A stretch of 64,000 nt of DNA from Candidatus Saccharimonadia bacterium (GCA_041743505.1 JBGTMQ010000003.1:25148-89147); one strand, 5' to 3'. Counted from the stretch's first letter, positions 28,441 through 38,569 are shown. Made by a program: numbers and translations. Notes: generated by a model not told the origin, from the letters alone.

Positions 28441-29346
28441 TTACTGCATTTGGCCCCCTTCGTCCAGCTCAACATGCATGATTTGAGCAGCTGTCAGGAC
28501 ATAAGCATGAAGCCAGGCCAACCGGCCGGTAAAAAATGTCGATGATTCAACCGCCTTCTGAAGCTGGGCAACCTGCTCCCGGTGACCATCCAGCCCGCCC
28601 TCAGACTTTGGTGTCTCAATAGCTACCTCACCGTCATAAAACGTGTATCCCAATGCGCCAAGACCCTGCCAACGCATCATCCGCAGCCGGGAGATCACCA
28701 GTGATTCAAGAGTACCCACAATAAGATCACCCGCCACCGACGACTTCAGCACCTCAGCCGCTGGCTCTGCAGGTCGAAAATACTCACCGAGCGTATCCGT
28801 CATTAACCCCATATCAACCGGTTGTAATGAATCGGCCAACACCTTGAGCCGGGCCAGCCCTGAGCGAAAACCAGGCGCCACCCTGAAGAAACCCACCACA
28901 TTAACCGGCTCTACCACAAACGTTGGCCGCTGATCCATCGCGTAACCCTCAGCCACCTCAGCTTCAATGCGCTCACGGGCTGGCTCTACCTCCCGGTCCA
29001 TGTACAGCGCCAGCTGCTGACGGCCTTCAGCATATTCCATCGGCGCCCCGACAACCCGGTGAAGCACCCGGTCCACATAAGCCGTTGTAAAAACTCCATA
29101 GCCCAAATGAAACTGTGATGGAACTCCTACAACAAACAGTTCCTCAGCCCGAGCCGCTCCATTAATAGATTGCCAAAGATTCGTTGAAACGGCCGGCCGG
29201 CCCTCGGCAAACCGCAGCCCTGATTGCAACAGATCGGCAGTGCCCATAGCCGTATCACCGGAGCCGGCACCCGGCACCACAAACCGGACTGCGGACAACG
29301 TTTGATCGCCATGCCCAGATACTAGTTTAAGTCGGGACAAATTCAC
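28441..29346 (-). CDS. Hypothetical protein, last gene of the helicase/SprT-like operon
   Basis: 301 aa. There is a 1-nt gap to the upstream SprT-like gene. No recognisable family. Confidence 0.5.
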   Translation of the reverse strand: MNLSRLKLVSGHGDQTLSAVRFVVPGAGSGDTAMGTADLLQSGLRFAEGRPAVSTNLWQSINGAARAEELFVVGVPSQFHLGYGVFTTAYVDRVLHRVVGAPMEYAEGRQQLALYMDREVEPARERIEAEVAEGYAMDQRPTFVVEPVNVVGFFRVAPGFRSGLARLKVLADSLQPVDMGLMTDTLGEYFRPAEPAAEVLKSSVAGDLIVGTLESLVISRLRMMRWQGLGALGYTFYDGEVAIETPKSEGGLDGHREQVAQLQKAVESSTFFTGRLAWLHAYVLTAAQIMHVELDEGGQMQ

Positions 29347-29347
29347 C

Positions 29348-29836
29348 TTATTCTCCTAAAAACCAAAAGGGTCTTGGTACTTTAATAACTCGGGCCGACG
29401 ACAGCCTCAGCGCCGATTGACGGCGGCTTGCTAACTCACGAGCCACCAGCGCCAACCAATGATCCTTAAGCCAGCACTTTTGCTCTAGATACAAGTCCAG
29501 CAGCCCCCGCTCGGCAAACTCACGCCTCATCACCCCACCGGCGTGCGGATGTTGCTGGCGCTGACTCAGCGGCGAGTTAAAGCCGTGGGCGTAATGAGTC
29601 AGCTCATGCACCAAAGTAGCCAATATCACTGACTCAGGCACCTCAGGCAACCGGAACAATCCATTCATCGTAATGACACTGACATTCGGATCGCGCGGGT
29701 CCAAACCAATACTGCCAAGCCGGCGCTTAGCTCGCCGCCCAAAAATAATCCGCACGTCATTTTGCTGCGGCACATCAGCAAAATAGCTATCCCACGTGCT
29801 GTCCAGCAACTGCTGAAGCCAAGCTTCGTCACGCAT
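29348..29836 (-). CDS. SprT/WLM/DUF45-like HExxH zinc metallopeptidase
   Basis: HELTHYAHGF motif, then further His/Glu residues. The start is placed at MRDEAWLQQ (29836), which overlaps the helicase stop as ATGCGTGA. The ORF track extends to 29962, overlapping the helicase. Confidence 0.5.
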   Translation of the reverse strand: MRDEAWLQQLLDSTWDSYFADVPQQNDVRIIFGRRAKRRLGSIGLDPRDPNVSVITMNGLFRLPEVPESVILATLVHELTHYAHGFNSPLSQRQQHPHAGGVMRREFAERGLLDLYLEQKCWLKDHWLALVARELASRRQSALRLSSARVIKVPRPFWFLGE

Positions 29837-32708
29837 ATTGCTCTTGCTCCTCTGGCTCCTCACCATAATACGTAAAGGCTGGGCACTGATGAAACTCGGA
29901 CACCGGCGCCGGCGCAAAATCCCTCGCCCGAATCCGCTCTGCCAGAGCGCCCAATTTATCACGATGGTTAGCCATAATTCGAGCCGTCAGCTGGGCGCTA
30001 CCCTCCGCACCGGTAACCACATAATCCAGTGTCACCAACGCCGGGGACTGCCCGGTCATCTCCTTATAAGCCATCGCGTATGTCCGAAGCTGGAAATTCT
30101 CCTTGGCATCAACCGCCACCTTCTCCGCATCACGCTTAGAGCCGGTCTTGAAATCCCGGATCTCAATCCCGTCAGGCGTTTCGAAGTACGCATCAATCCG
30201 CCCGCGCAATCGCAGTTTGTAGTCCGGCAACTCCAGTGTAATCTTCAGCTCACTGCCAAGCACGTGACGTGCCTCCCGTTCCTCCCGCTGAACAAACCTC
30301 TGCAATGTCTCATGCGCTTTATCCCAAGCAGCCACCGCTTGAGCCCGCGACTCATATCCCCGGTCGCTCCACAATTCATCCAACCGCACATCAAGTTCAG
30401 CCAATCCAATCTGTTCGTCACGGATTTTGGCTTCATAATAGGCCTGGATCGCTCCATGGATAGCCGTGCCAAAAGCCAGTTGCGGCCCAAATGGTTGAAC
30501 GATGCCCAACACATATTGTAAATAAAACTCGTGCGGACATCGTCGGTAGGCGTCTAACGCTCCCACACCCAACTCAATCCAGCCTTCAATCGTTTCAAAT
30601 GGCAGCCGCCGGTCGGGCAGCTCATGCTTGAGCGGATAAAATCGTTGTAAACGCTGCATCGCTCTATCAATGCTCTTAGTTTCTCCAGCCCCCCGGGCAG
30701 CCGGTGGCATCTCACCCAACAACTCCGTCACCAGGGGGCTAAGAGCTTGCCGCTGGCCACCAGCTGTCTCGCTAGCCGCCGAAATTATTACCGATCGCTT
30801 AGCTCTCGTCACTGCCACATACATCAACCGGCGCTGCTCATGCTCTGGAGGCAATTCTGTACCGGCCGTCATCAGCTCCGTCGGCGGCTCAAGCCCGCTA
30901 CTACTGCGCTCAGCCCAAGCACGTGCCGTACACCCGACGACGTAAACGGTATCAAACTCCAAACCTTTTGAAGCGTGTACCGTCAGAAGCTGCACGCCCT
31001 CAGCCTCACCCAAAGCCTCAGGGGCCTCAAGCTGTGGCGGCTTTGGAAATGTAGCCAGATACCCAGCCAACGTCGGATCCAATGCCACAGTTTCATAGTC
31101 TTGCATCTGCGCTAGCAGCATATGCAAATCCTCAAACACCCGGATAATCCGGTCGCTTCCCTCGGCCGCCACTACCAACCGCTCACTCAAACCGGTCTCA
31201 AATACCAACCGGTAAGCCAGCTGACTGACGTTTAGCTCAGCCGCCCACGCCCGCCAAATATCTAGCTTTTTCGTCAGCTCTTGCGCTTGACTGTCACCAT
31301 CCTCTGCCGCTACCCGGATAATTTCCTCCGGTCCGGCTAATTCCGACTGAGACCGCTCCACAATAGTCCGGTATGCCGCCGTCTTCCAGCCCACAAAAGG
31401 CCCCAACACGACATGCGCAATCGCTTCAGGCTTTGCGCGGTGACCTAGCCACTCCAGCAAGTACCATAGATTGATAATTTCACGCTGTTCAAAAATATTA
31501 ACTTCAGTTGAAAGTGTAAACGGCACATCATGCGCCCGCAACGACTTGGCATAACTACGAAGTACCGCGTTCGAGCGGGCCAGAATAGCAATACTCGCCG
31601 GCACTGCGCCCCCGCTCAGGCTCTTCATGACATCATCTACTACACCCGACTGCTCATCTGCCGGCGTACGGTATCCCACAAATGTCACCTTTGCATCCTG
31701 ATCTTGAGCTGTTAGCCGCTTGTTCAAATGCAGCATCGCCTCAAGCCGGTTCGGATCATTGTTACCAATGAGCCGGTAAGCCGCATCCAGAATCGGCTGG
31801 CCGGACCGGTAGTTTTTTACTAATACTGCCGGTTCATCGACCTTAAAATGCGCGGCAAAATCCATAATATTCGCAATATCTGCACCCCGGAAACCATAGA
31901 TCGCCTGGTCATCATCCCCCACTGCAAAAATGTTGCCGCCCACCGGGACAAATGTGCGCAACAGCTGGTCTTGAACCGGACTCGTATCCTGATATTCATC
32001 CACTAAAACATACCGGTACTGCTTCGTCAGCCGCTCAGCCAAGTTCGGACGCTCGCGCATCGCCCCCAAAGGAATAGCAAGTTGGTCGTTGTAATCGTAC
32101 GTCCCAGTCTCAGCCTTAACGCTCTCGTACAAAGTAAATAAAGCAGCTAGATCCCGCTGTTCCAAAATATCATATTCATGCTGCTCACCGTCTTCGGCCT
32201 TCAAGCCGGCAACAAAATCAGCATATCGCCCGGCACCAATTCCCCCATTTTGCAACCGCTCAATATAACGAACAATCTGCTCCAGGAAATCATAATTATG
32301 GCTTTTTAATGGATAATATTCCAACACAACCCGCTCAATATGTTGTTGCAAAAGCAACGTTTTTTGAGTTGTATTAAGCAAACCACCGCGGGTTGAGCGG
32401 CCAATATGCGACGCAAACCGGCCCAACAACTCAGCACCAAAGGCGTTAAACGTCAACACCGGCACCTGGAACGACTGCCAACCAACTAGATCATATAGCC
32501 GGTCAGCCATCTCCCGGGCCGCCTTCTCAGTAAATGTTAGAGCCAAAACTTCCCCCGGCTTGGCTTGACCTTGCTCAATCAACCGCGCAATCCGCCGCGT
32601 GATTACGCCGGTCTTGCCAGTGCCTGCTCCGGCCACCACAAGCAACGCACCCTCGGTGTGTTCAACCGCAGCCCGCTGCTCATCATTAAGCCCACCTAGA
32701 ATATCCAT
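29829..32708 (-). CDS. UvrD/PcrA-like SF1 helicase fused to a C-terminal RecB-family PD-(D/E)xK nuclease
   Basis: 959 aa. N-terminal Walker A AGAGTGKTGVITRRIA and the UvrD motifs through VTRAKRSV. The C-terminus has GRIDAYFE (motif II), IRDFKTGS (D-x-K) and QLRTYAMAY (QhxxY). Confidence 0.8.
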   Translation of the reverse strand: MDILGGLNDEQRAAVEHTEGALLVVAGAGTGKTGVITRRIARLIEQGQAKPGEVLALTFTEKAAREMADRLYDLVGWQSFQVPVLTFNAFGAELLGRFASHIGRSTRGGLLNTTQKTLLLQQHIERVVLEYYPLKSHNYDFLEQIVRYIERLQNGGIGAGRYADFVAGLKAEDGEQHEYDILEQRDLAALFTLYESVKAETGTYDYNDQLAIPLGAMRERPNLAERLTKQYRYVLVDEYQDTSPVQDQLLRTFVPVGGNIFAVGDDDQAIYGFRGADIANIMDFAAHFKVDEPAVLVKNYRSGQPILDAAYRLIGNNDPNRLEAMLHLNKRLTAQDQDAKVTFVGYRTPADEQSGVVDDVMKSLSGGAVPASIAILARSNAVLRSYAKSLRAHDVPFTLSTEVNIFEQREIINLWYLLEWLGHRAKPEAIAHVVLGPFVGWKTAAYRTIVERSQSELAGPEEIIRVAAEDGDSQAQELTKKLDIWRAWAAELNVSQLAYRLVFETGLSERLVVAAEGSDRIIRVFEDLHMLLAQMQDYETVALDPTLAGYLATFPKPPQLEAPEALGEAEGVQLLTVHASKGLEFDTVYVVGCTARAWAERSSSGLEPPTELMTAGTELPPEHEQRRLMYVAVTRAKRSVIISAASETAGGQRQALSPLVTELLGEMPPAARGAGETKSIDRAMQRLQRFYPLKHELPDRRLPFETIEGWIELGVGALDAYRRCPHEFYLQYVLGIVQPFGPQLAFGTAIHGAIQAYYEAKIRDEQIGLAELDVRLDELWSDRGYESRAQAVAAWDKAHETLQRFVQREEREARHVLGSELKITLELPDYKLRLRGRIDAYFETPDGIEIRDFKTGSKRDAEKVAVDAKENFQLRTYAMAYKEMTGQSPALVTLDYVVTGAEGSAQLTARIMANHRDKLGALAERIRARDFAPAPVSEFHQCPAFTYYGEEPEEQEQYA

Positions 32709-32780
32709 ACCAAGATTGTATCAGGAATTACCCTTGGGTTGATCATGAGTGCTATAATAGGCCATAAGAGGTTCTATTAG

Positions 32781-34823
32781 GTGTCAGAACTCATTACCCG
32801 CACAGCCCGGTTAGTCCCTTACGCCAAACGGCCAAAGCAGGTTCCTAGTTTTGTGACCGCCTATAGCTATGAGCCGCTGGCCGAAGAGCCCGGCGCCGAT
32901 CTCGGCAACCTATTTGTCATCATCGAAGTGCTTGTCTCCGGCCGGTCCAGCGAAGACGTAGCTGACTTGGTCATCAGTACCATGGCCGACCACTACTACA
33001 ACCAAGCCACCGATCAATCCGACCCGCTACGCCGGTTCGAAGCTGCCATCAAGGCCACCAATCAAGAGCTGGCCAACTACGTCAATCAAGGCAATGCCGC
33101 CTGGATCGGCAAAATGAGCGCTGTAGTCGCCATCCAAACCGGATCACAGCTGCACCTGACTCAAACAGGCTCGGCAGAAGCATTCTTGTATCGCGGCAAG
33201 TCAGCTGCCCGCATCTCGGCCAACCAAGGAGCCGCCCGCCCAACCGCTCCCAGCAAGACCTTCGGTTCCATCGCCAGTGGCGATCTGGAGCCCGGCGACC
33301 GGCTGCTGCTAGCCACCCCCGCGCTCGTCCATCAGCTCTCCTTGACCAAGCTTAAAACCATTGTCAGCGACACCAGCCCCAACAATGCTATTGCTGAAAT
33401 TACCCAACTCCTGCGCGGCGGCGCGTCCGGCCGTATCGCTGCACTGGTCATTGAGATCACGACGCCGGAACTAGCCGCCTTGCAAGTCCGGTCTGAGGAA
33501 CCAAGCGAGATCCAGCTCGGCACCCCGGACAACGTGCTTGAGGCCGCCAAAATGGCCGCCGCACCAATCGCCCAAGCCACAGTCAGTTCCAGCCGGCGAG
33601 CCGGCGCTGCCGCTAAAACCGGCTGGAAAAAAAGCCGGCCTCACCTGCAACAAGCGCTCCAGGTTACCACCGGCTTCATCCGCGAGCAACTAGCCCACAA
33701 GGACTCGCGCAAGCGACTATTCGTCGCCGCCGCTATTCTGCTCGGGTTCATCATCGTCCTCTGGCAGTGGCAAACTGGCACTGTCCGCACCAAGCAATTA
33801 GAAACCCGCTATCAAAACGACTATAACCAATACCAGCTAGCCGTCACCGCCGCCAACAATGGCGACAAAACCACCGCCCGGAACATGCTCTCCAGGCTCC
33901 AAGGCGAGCTGACTGGCCTGTTTCAAGCTCCCGGCCGCAAAAGCCTCGATGCCAAACTCAAGCAATCCGCCACTGGACCTAAGTCAGTCGCCGAGCTGGC
34001 TGGCCTAACTGCCACTAAGCTAGACCAAATTGAAGGCCTACACCGCGTCGACGTCAGTACCGTCGCTTCATTTAGTAGTATAAAAAACAGCAAGCCAACC
34101 CATTTTGAGCTCGCCGGCAACAAAGCCTACACCTTCGACGAAGGTAAAAACCCGTCCCTCTACATTGCAAATATCACAACAAATATCATCCAGAAATCCA
34201 AGGCAGACACTTCACGGCTTGGCGCTATCACTGCTACCACCATATCGAGCAGCTCAGATGGTATCTACCTCTTAACCGACAAGCCATCAGTCTGGTTTTA
34301 CAACTTTGCCGCCGATTCCCTAACCGAACAGTCGGTCGGTGTAGGCCAATGGCCGGCAGGCACAGCCATCGCATCATATGCAGGCAATCTCTATATCCTG
34401 GGAGGTGGCATGGTCTACAAACATGTCCGCACCTACAGCGGCTATTCGCCCAAAGCCCCCTACCTGGCTCCACAGACCCCTGGCCTAGCCAACGCCACCG
34501 CCATGGCAGTCGATGGTATGGTGTTTCTATTATCACCCTCAGGGTTGAGAGAATTCTCAGCCGGCGCCTTCAAGCAAGCCGCGGACACTCCTTCAACACT
34601 CAAGAACGCGCGCCTAATACGGTCAAGCGGCGGCGGCAACTCCGTCATCGCCATAGCCGGCGATACCAAGCGCATTGGTTTCTGGGATAACACCAAGACT
34701 CTAAAGTTCGCCAAGCAATACGAGCTAGGCGGCGTCTCGTCCCTGCACGACGCCGCCTACGACCCCAAGACCCAAACTGTTTACGCGTTAGTGAACAGCC
34801 GGCTCGTGAAGTTTACGATCTAA
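32781..34823 (+). CDS. Membrane-anchored PP2C/SpoIIE-like phosphatase with a large C-terminal extracytoplasmic domain
   Basis: The N-terminal ~240 aa show PP2C-like blocks: LFVIIEVLVSG...; GSAEAFLYRGKSAARIS; GDLEPGDRLLLATPAL. A single TM follows (LFVAAAILLGFIIVLWQW), then a ~330-aa beta-rich domain. The call is tentative. Confidence 0.5.
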   Translation: MSELITRTARLVPYAKRPKQVPSFVTAYSYEPLAEEPGADLGNLFVIIEVLVSGRSSEDVADLVISTMADHYYNQATDQSDPLRRFEAAIKATNQELANYVNQGNAAWIGKMSAVVAIQTGSQLHLTQTGSAEAFLYRGKSAARISANQGAARPTAPSKTFGSIASGDLEPGDRLLLATPALVHQLSLTKLKTIVSDTSPNNAIAEITQLLRGGASGRIAALVIEITTPELAALQVRSEEPSEIQLGTPDNVLEAAKMAAAPIAQATVSSSRRAGAAAKTGWKKSRPHLQQALQVTTGFIREQLAHKDSRKRLFVAAAILLGFIIVLWQWQTGTVRTKQLETRYQNDYNQYQLAVTAANNGDKTTARNMLSRLQGELTGLFQAPGRKSLDAKLKQSATGPKSVAELAGLTATKLDQIEGLHRVDVSTVASFSSIKNSKPTHFELAGNKAYTFDEGKNPSLYIANITTNIIQKSKADTSRLGAITATTISSSSDGIYLLTDKPSVWFYNFAADSLTEQSVGVGQWPAGTAIASYAGNLYILGGGMVYKHVRTYSGYSPKAPYLAPQTPGLANATAMAVDGMVFLLSPSGLREFSAGAFKQAADTPSTLKNARLIRSSGGGNSVIAIAGDTKRIGFWDNTKTLKFAKQYELGGVSSLHDAAYDPKTQTVYALVNSRLVKFTI

Positions 34824-34848
34824 AGTCCATCTTTTAAGCCCCGGTCTC

Positions 34849-36525
34849 TTACAGCCGGTCCGGCGCTTCAATTCCCAACACCCCGAGCCCATCCTTCAAA
34901 ACACCGGCATACAAGGCCACCAACCGTAAGCGAACACTCTCGCGGCTATCCCCAATCACCCGGTTATGTTCGTAGAACCGGTTAAATACCTGAGCCAACT
35001 CATACAGGTAAGTCGCAATATGATGAGGCATTAATTCATCGACAGCCCGGTCCAACACATCCGGATACCGGGAGATGATGACCGCCAGACTGCGCTCGTC
35101 ATCCTCTAGCTCATTAAGTCCACCATGCTCCGCATCAGCCGCCTTGCCTAAAATACTTCGAGCCCGTGCATGCGCATATTGCAAATACGGGCCACTGTTG
35201 CCTTCCAAGCTAACTGACTCCTCTGGCGCAAACACAATATCAGCCCCAATGCGCTGCTTCAAAAAAGCATACTTAATGGCGCCCAGAACCGTAACGTCAT
35301 CTGCCGACCCGTTGGCAGCCTTATTCGCCTCGGCCACCACATCAAGCACATCAGACGCCCTCAAGAAGTTACCTTTCCGAGAGCTCATCTTTACCCCGCC
35401 GGCCAACTTCACATTGCCGTGCGTTATATGCGTACTGCGCTTAGCCAATTCCGGCTCATATTGCTCAACGCTCTTCTGCACGACCTTCATATATTCAAGG
35501 ATGTCGTTACCCGTGATAACGACTGAACGGTCAAAATGATAATCCTGCCACTTCGCTAAAATCAGTCCCGTATCCTTGGCCTCATACGTTGGCAAACCAT
35601 TTGAAGTAATAAATACCCGCGTGTGCAAACCATATGGCTCACCCCGAAACACCACCGCCCCATCGCTACGCTCAAACACGCCGTTCTCCAACTGCTTCTG
35701 TACGGTCTGAATACCCAATGGTGCCGTCATGCTTTCAGGATAATACTTATCAAACTTCGTCCCGATCCGGGCATAAAAAACCTCGAAGTAATCGTAGCTC
35801 CATCCCCGGCACGTCCAGTAGATCTGCGCTAACGGCGACTTATGGTCTTCCGCAGCCAAGATACCGTAAATGCGTTTATTGAGTTCAATAATAGCGGTCT
35901 TTGCCTCCTCAGACTCTTCATACGCCTGCGTACCCTTAACGTAGCAGGCCGCCATCCATTCCGGCCGCTCGGCCACAACGATATCTGCTAGCTTCTCGGG
36001 CTTCTCGCCACCCAAATCCTTCAACATCGCCCACATGTTCCTCGCTACATGCAGACCCACATCACCTCCAAAATTCACCGGGTGGACCTTACCACCGGAC
36101 AGCCTTATGAGATTACTAATCGCATCGCCTACCACGCTGGTATACAAATGGCCCACATGCAACACTTTAAACGGGTTCGGATCTGAATACTCCGTAACCA
36201 CTACTTGGCCCTTATGGCTCGCGGGCTTGGTCGCCGGCGCTGTTTCAGTCAGCCGGCTAATACCCTCGTCAGTCAAGGTCATATTAATATAGCCCCCGCC
36301 GGCCGCCTCAACTCGCTCCAACGAATCATGCTTTACCGCCTCTGCCAGTTTAGCCGCAATCTCCCGCGGCGCTTTCTTCAGCTCCTTTGCCAGCCCAAAC
36401 GCCACGTTGCTCGCAAAATCACCAAAGCCCGGCTGCGCATAATCGACCTCAATCAAACCCGGCTTCACATCATATGTTTTTGATACCGCTGTTGATATCG
36501 CTGCGGCTAGCTCATTCTGAATCAT
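34849..36525 (-). CDS. argS: Arginine--tRNA ligase
   Basis: 558 aa. HIGH-type motif PNPFKVLHVGHLYTSVVGD, KMSKS-type KMSSRKGN and a C-terminal DALR anticodon-binding region. Confidence 0.95.
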   Translation of the reverse strand: MIQNELAAAISTAVSKTYDVKPGLIEVDYAQPGFGDFASNVAFGLAKELKKAPREIAAKLAEAVKHDSLERVEAAGGGYINMTLTDEGISRLTETAPATKPASHKGQVVVTEYSDPNPFKVLHVGHLYTSVVGDAISNLIRLSGGKVHPVNFGGDVGLHVARNMWAMLKDLGGEKPEKLADIVVAERPEWMAACYVKGTQAYEESEEAKTAIIELNKRIYGILAAEDHKSPLAQIYWTCRGWSYDYFEVFYARIGTKFDKYYPESMTAPLGIQTVQKQLENGVFERSDGAVVFRGEPYGLHTRVFITSNGLPTYEAKDTGLILAKWQDYHFDRSVVITGNDILEYMKVVQKSVEQYEPELAKRSTHITHGNVKLAGGVKMSSRKGNFLRASDVLDVVAEANKAANGSADDVTVLGAIKYAFLKQRIGADIVFAPEESVSLEGNSGPYLQYAHARARSILGKAADAEHGGLNELEDDERSLAVIISRYPDVLDRAVDELMPHHIATYLYELAQVFNRFYEHNRVIGDSRESVRLRLVALYAGVLKDGLGVLGIEAPDRL

Positions 36526-36608
36526 TGCCCCATTATAGCCGTACTCAACATGAGAACCAACAAAGTCAAAAAATAAAGTCTCCTAATATTGCCAAAAGGC
36601 TTTGCCCG

Positions 36609-37535
36609 CTATGTTAAGACAATACAGCCACGCCGCCTCAACTCCCCAAACCAACCCGGGTCTTCCAGGAACTTATTGAGCCGCACATCAAGCTTCACCA
36701 AATGCGGCAGCCACCGCAAACCTTCCGGCAGAACGCGTAGATCATTCTTCCTCAGGTCAAGATACCGCAGCGATGACAGCAAACCTAGTGACTCCGGAAG
36801 ACGGCTCAGCCGGTTATCGCGAAGGTCCAGGTCAGTAAGCTGGCCTAAATCCCCAATCGACTCCGGCAACATTGTCAGCTGGTTACCTTCCAGCATCAAC
36901 TTGCGCAGCACCACCAGCCCGCCAATCGTATCCGGCAAGCTAACCAACTGGTTATTCATCGCGTAGCACTCTCGCAAACAAGCCAAGTCTCCAAACGATT
37001 CAGGTAAGCCAGTCAGCTGGTTACCAAAGATCCGCACCTCCACCAAGTCAGCCATATCTCCAATACACGCAGGAAGTTCCCTGAACCTGTTTTTAGATAT
37101 GTTCAGATACACCAGTCTACGCAAGTTTCGACAAGTATCCGGCAACACCGTTAGCAGATTTCCTGCCAGGTACAAAAATTCTAGCCGGCCAAGTTCCCCG
37201 AGAGACGCCGGCAGCTGGTCAATCTGATTGTGCTGGACATCCCATACACGCAGGTTCCCCAGTCTACCCAAACCCGCGGACACCATGGTTAACTGGTTGG
37301 CGCTAGCATCCACCGATTCCAGGCTCGCCATCTCAAACAGGGCCTCAGGCAGTGCACTCAGCTGGTTATGAAAAACACTGAGTTTTCTCAACCGTCTTAA
37401 TTTGTTAATACCCAGCGGCAATTCCGGTAGTTGGTTATTATCCAAATACAGTGCTTCGAGCTCAGGATCAGCTAGTACGTCTTCAGACAAAGCGGTCAAT
37501 TGCTTGTCAGATAAATCCAAAATATGCTGCTGCAT
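36609..37535 (-). CDS. Leucine-rich-repeat protein
   Basis: 308 aa containing ~12 consecutive 23-residue LxxLxLxxNxLxxLPxxxGxLxx repeats. No signal peptide. Confidence 0.75.
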   Translation of the reverse strand: MQQHILDLSDKQLTALSEDVLADPELEALYLDNNQLPELPLGINKLRRLRKLSVFHNQLSALPEALFEMASLESVDASANQLTMVSAGLGRLGNLRVWDVQHNQIDQLPASLGELGRLEFLYLAGNLLTVLPDTCRNLRRLVYLNISKNRFRELPACIGDMADLVEVRIFGNQLTGLPESFGDLACLRECYAMNNQLVSLPDTIGGLVVLRKLMLEGNQLTMLPESIGDLGQLTDLDLRDNRLSRLPESLGLLSSLRYLDLRKNDLRVLPEGLRWLPHLVKLDVRLNKFLEDPGWFGELRRRGCIVLT

Positions 37536-37576
37536 ACTCCAATTATATAGTCTCCATTGCCGCTATTACCTATATA

Positions 37577-38026
37577 ATGAACGGCATGAAACTACTGGCT
37601 AAAAATAAACGGGCGACCTTCGACTACGAGCTAACCGAGCGAATCGTGGCCGGTTTAGCCTTGGTCGGTCCCGAGGTCAAGAGCGTCAAGGCCGGTCACG
37701 CCAGCCTCAAAGGCTCGTTCATTGCCCTCCGCGGCGGCGAGGCCTATCTCACCAATGCCCACATCACGCCCTACCAGCATGCCCACGCCAAAGACCAGCT
37801 TGACCCCACCCGAAACCGTAAACTCCTGCTCCACCGCCGCCAGCTCGACGCCCTGATCGGCCAAAAACAATCCGGCCTCAGCGTTGTACCCACTGCCCTT
37901 CTCCTGGACCGAAGCCTGGTAAAGCTAGAGATCGGCATTGGTCGCGGCAAGAAACGCTACGATAAACGCCAAGCCATCAAAGCCCGCGACACCGCGCGCG
38001 ACTTAGCCCGCGGCATCAAAGCCTAA
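37577..38026 (+). CDS. smpB: SsrA-binding protein
   Basis: The product contains MKLLAKNKRATFDYELTERIVAGLALVGPEVKSVK...LLLHRRQLDAL...KARDTARDLARGIKA, the SmpB core plus the basic C-terminal tail. The start is the internal ATG at 37577, or 37586. The ORF track's 37451 start would overlap the LRR gene. Confidence 0.9.
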   Translation: MNGMKLLAKNKRATFDYELTERIVAGLALVGPEVKSVKAGHASLKGSFIALRGGEAYLTNAHITPYQHAHAKDQLDPTRNRKLLLHRRQLDALIGQKQSGLSVVPTALLLDRSLVKLEIGIGRGKKRYDKRQAIKARDTARDLARGIKA

Positions 38027-38535
38027 ATAAAACAGCCCGCTGCAAACTCCAGATGCCGGCGTTTCGCGCCAACATCCAGTTTGCCTGCAACGAGCTTTGT
38101 GTTCTACGACTAGTTACTCTCTACGGAGAAATGTCCGCAAAAACAGAGTGGCACCAAGTACAGCAGGAACACCGAGTTGTATCAGGCACCCACCGCGACT
38201 ATGCGCACCACCACTACCGCCAGTCGGCGGATGTGTTCCAGTCTCGCCTGCCTTGCGCTGCTCCGGAATCTCAGGTCCCGGGTCTTTTGCCACACTACCC
38301 TCCTCAAGAGGTCTGATCTAGGACGCGGCAAACTATAACATAACTTAGTAAATAGTACCAACCCATAATAGTTCTCTCCATACCAATCTCAATCCGGCTC
38401 ATTCCTAAAAAGCATAAGTATTTTAGAATCTTGTTAATAAGTGCTTGACGGTCTTATCATGAGCGTATTAAAGTACTTACAGGTACCTGCACAAAAAAAG
38501 TACTCAACACAAAAAGACACAAACTCCATCACCTG

Positions 38536-38569
38536 AAATAGGCTCTGCAAAGAGCCTATTTCCTTTTTA
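38536..38569 (+). terminator. Strong intrinsic terminator ~510 nt downstream of smpB
   Basis: aaataggctct-gcaa-agagcctattt followed by CCTTTTT. Confidence 0.7.

Noticed and set aside
29836-29962. Extended N-terminus of the SprT-like ORF overlapping the helicase 3' end
   Set aside because: The extension would overlap 134 nt of a well-supported helicase-nuclease C-terminus. The internal ATG at 29836 gives a classic 8-nt coupled overlap instead.
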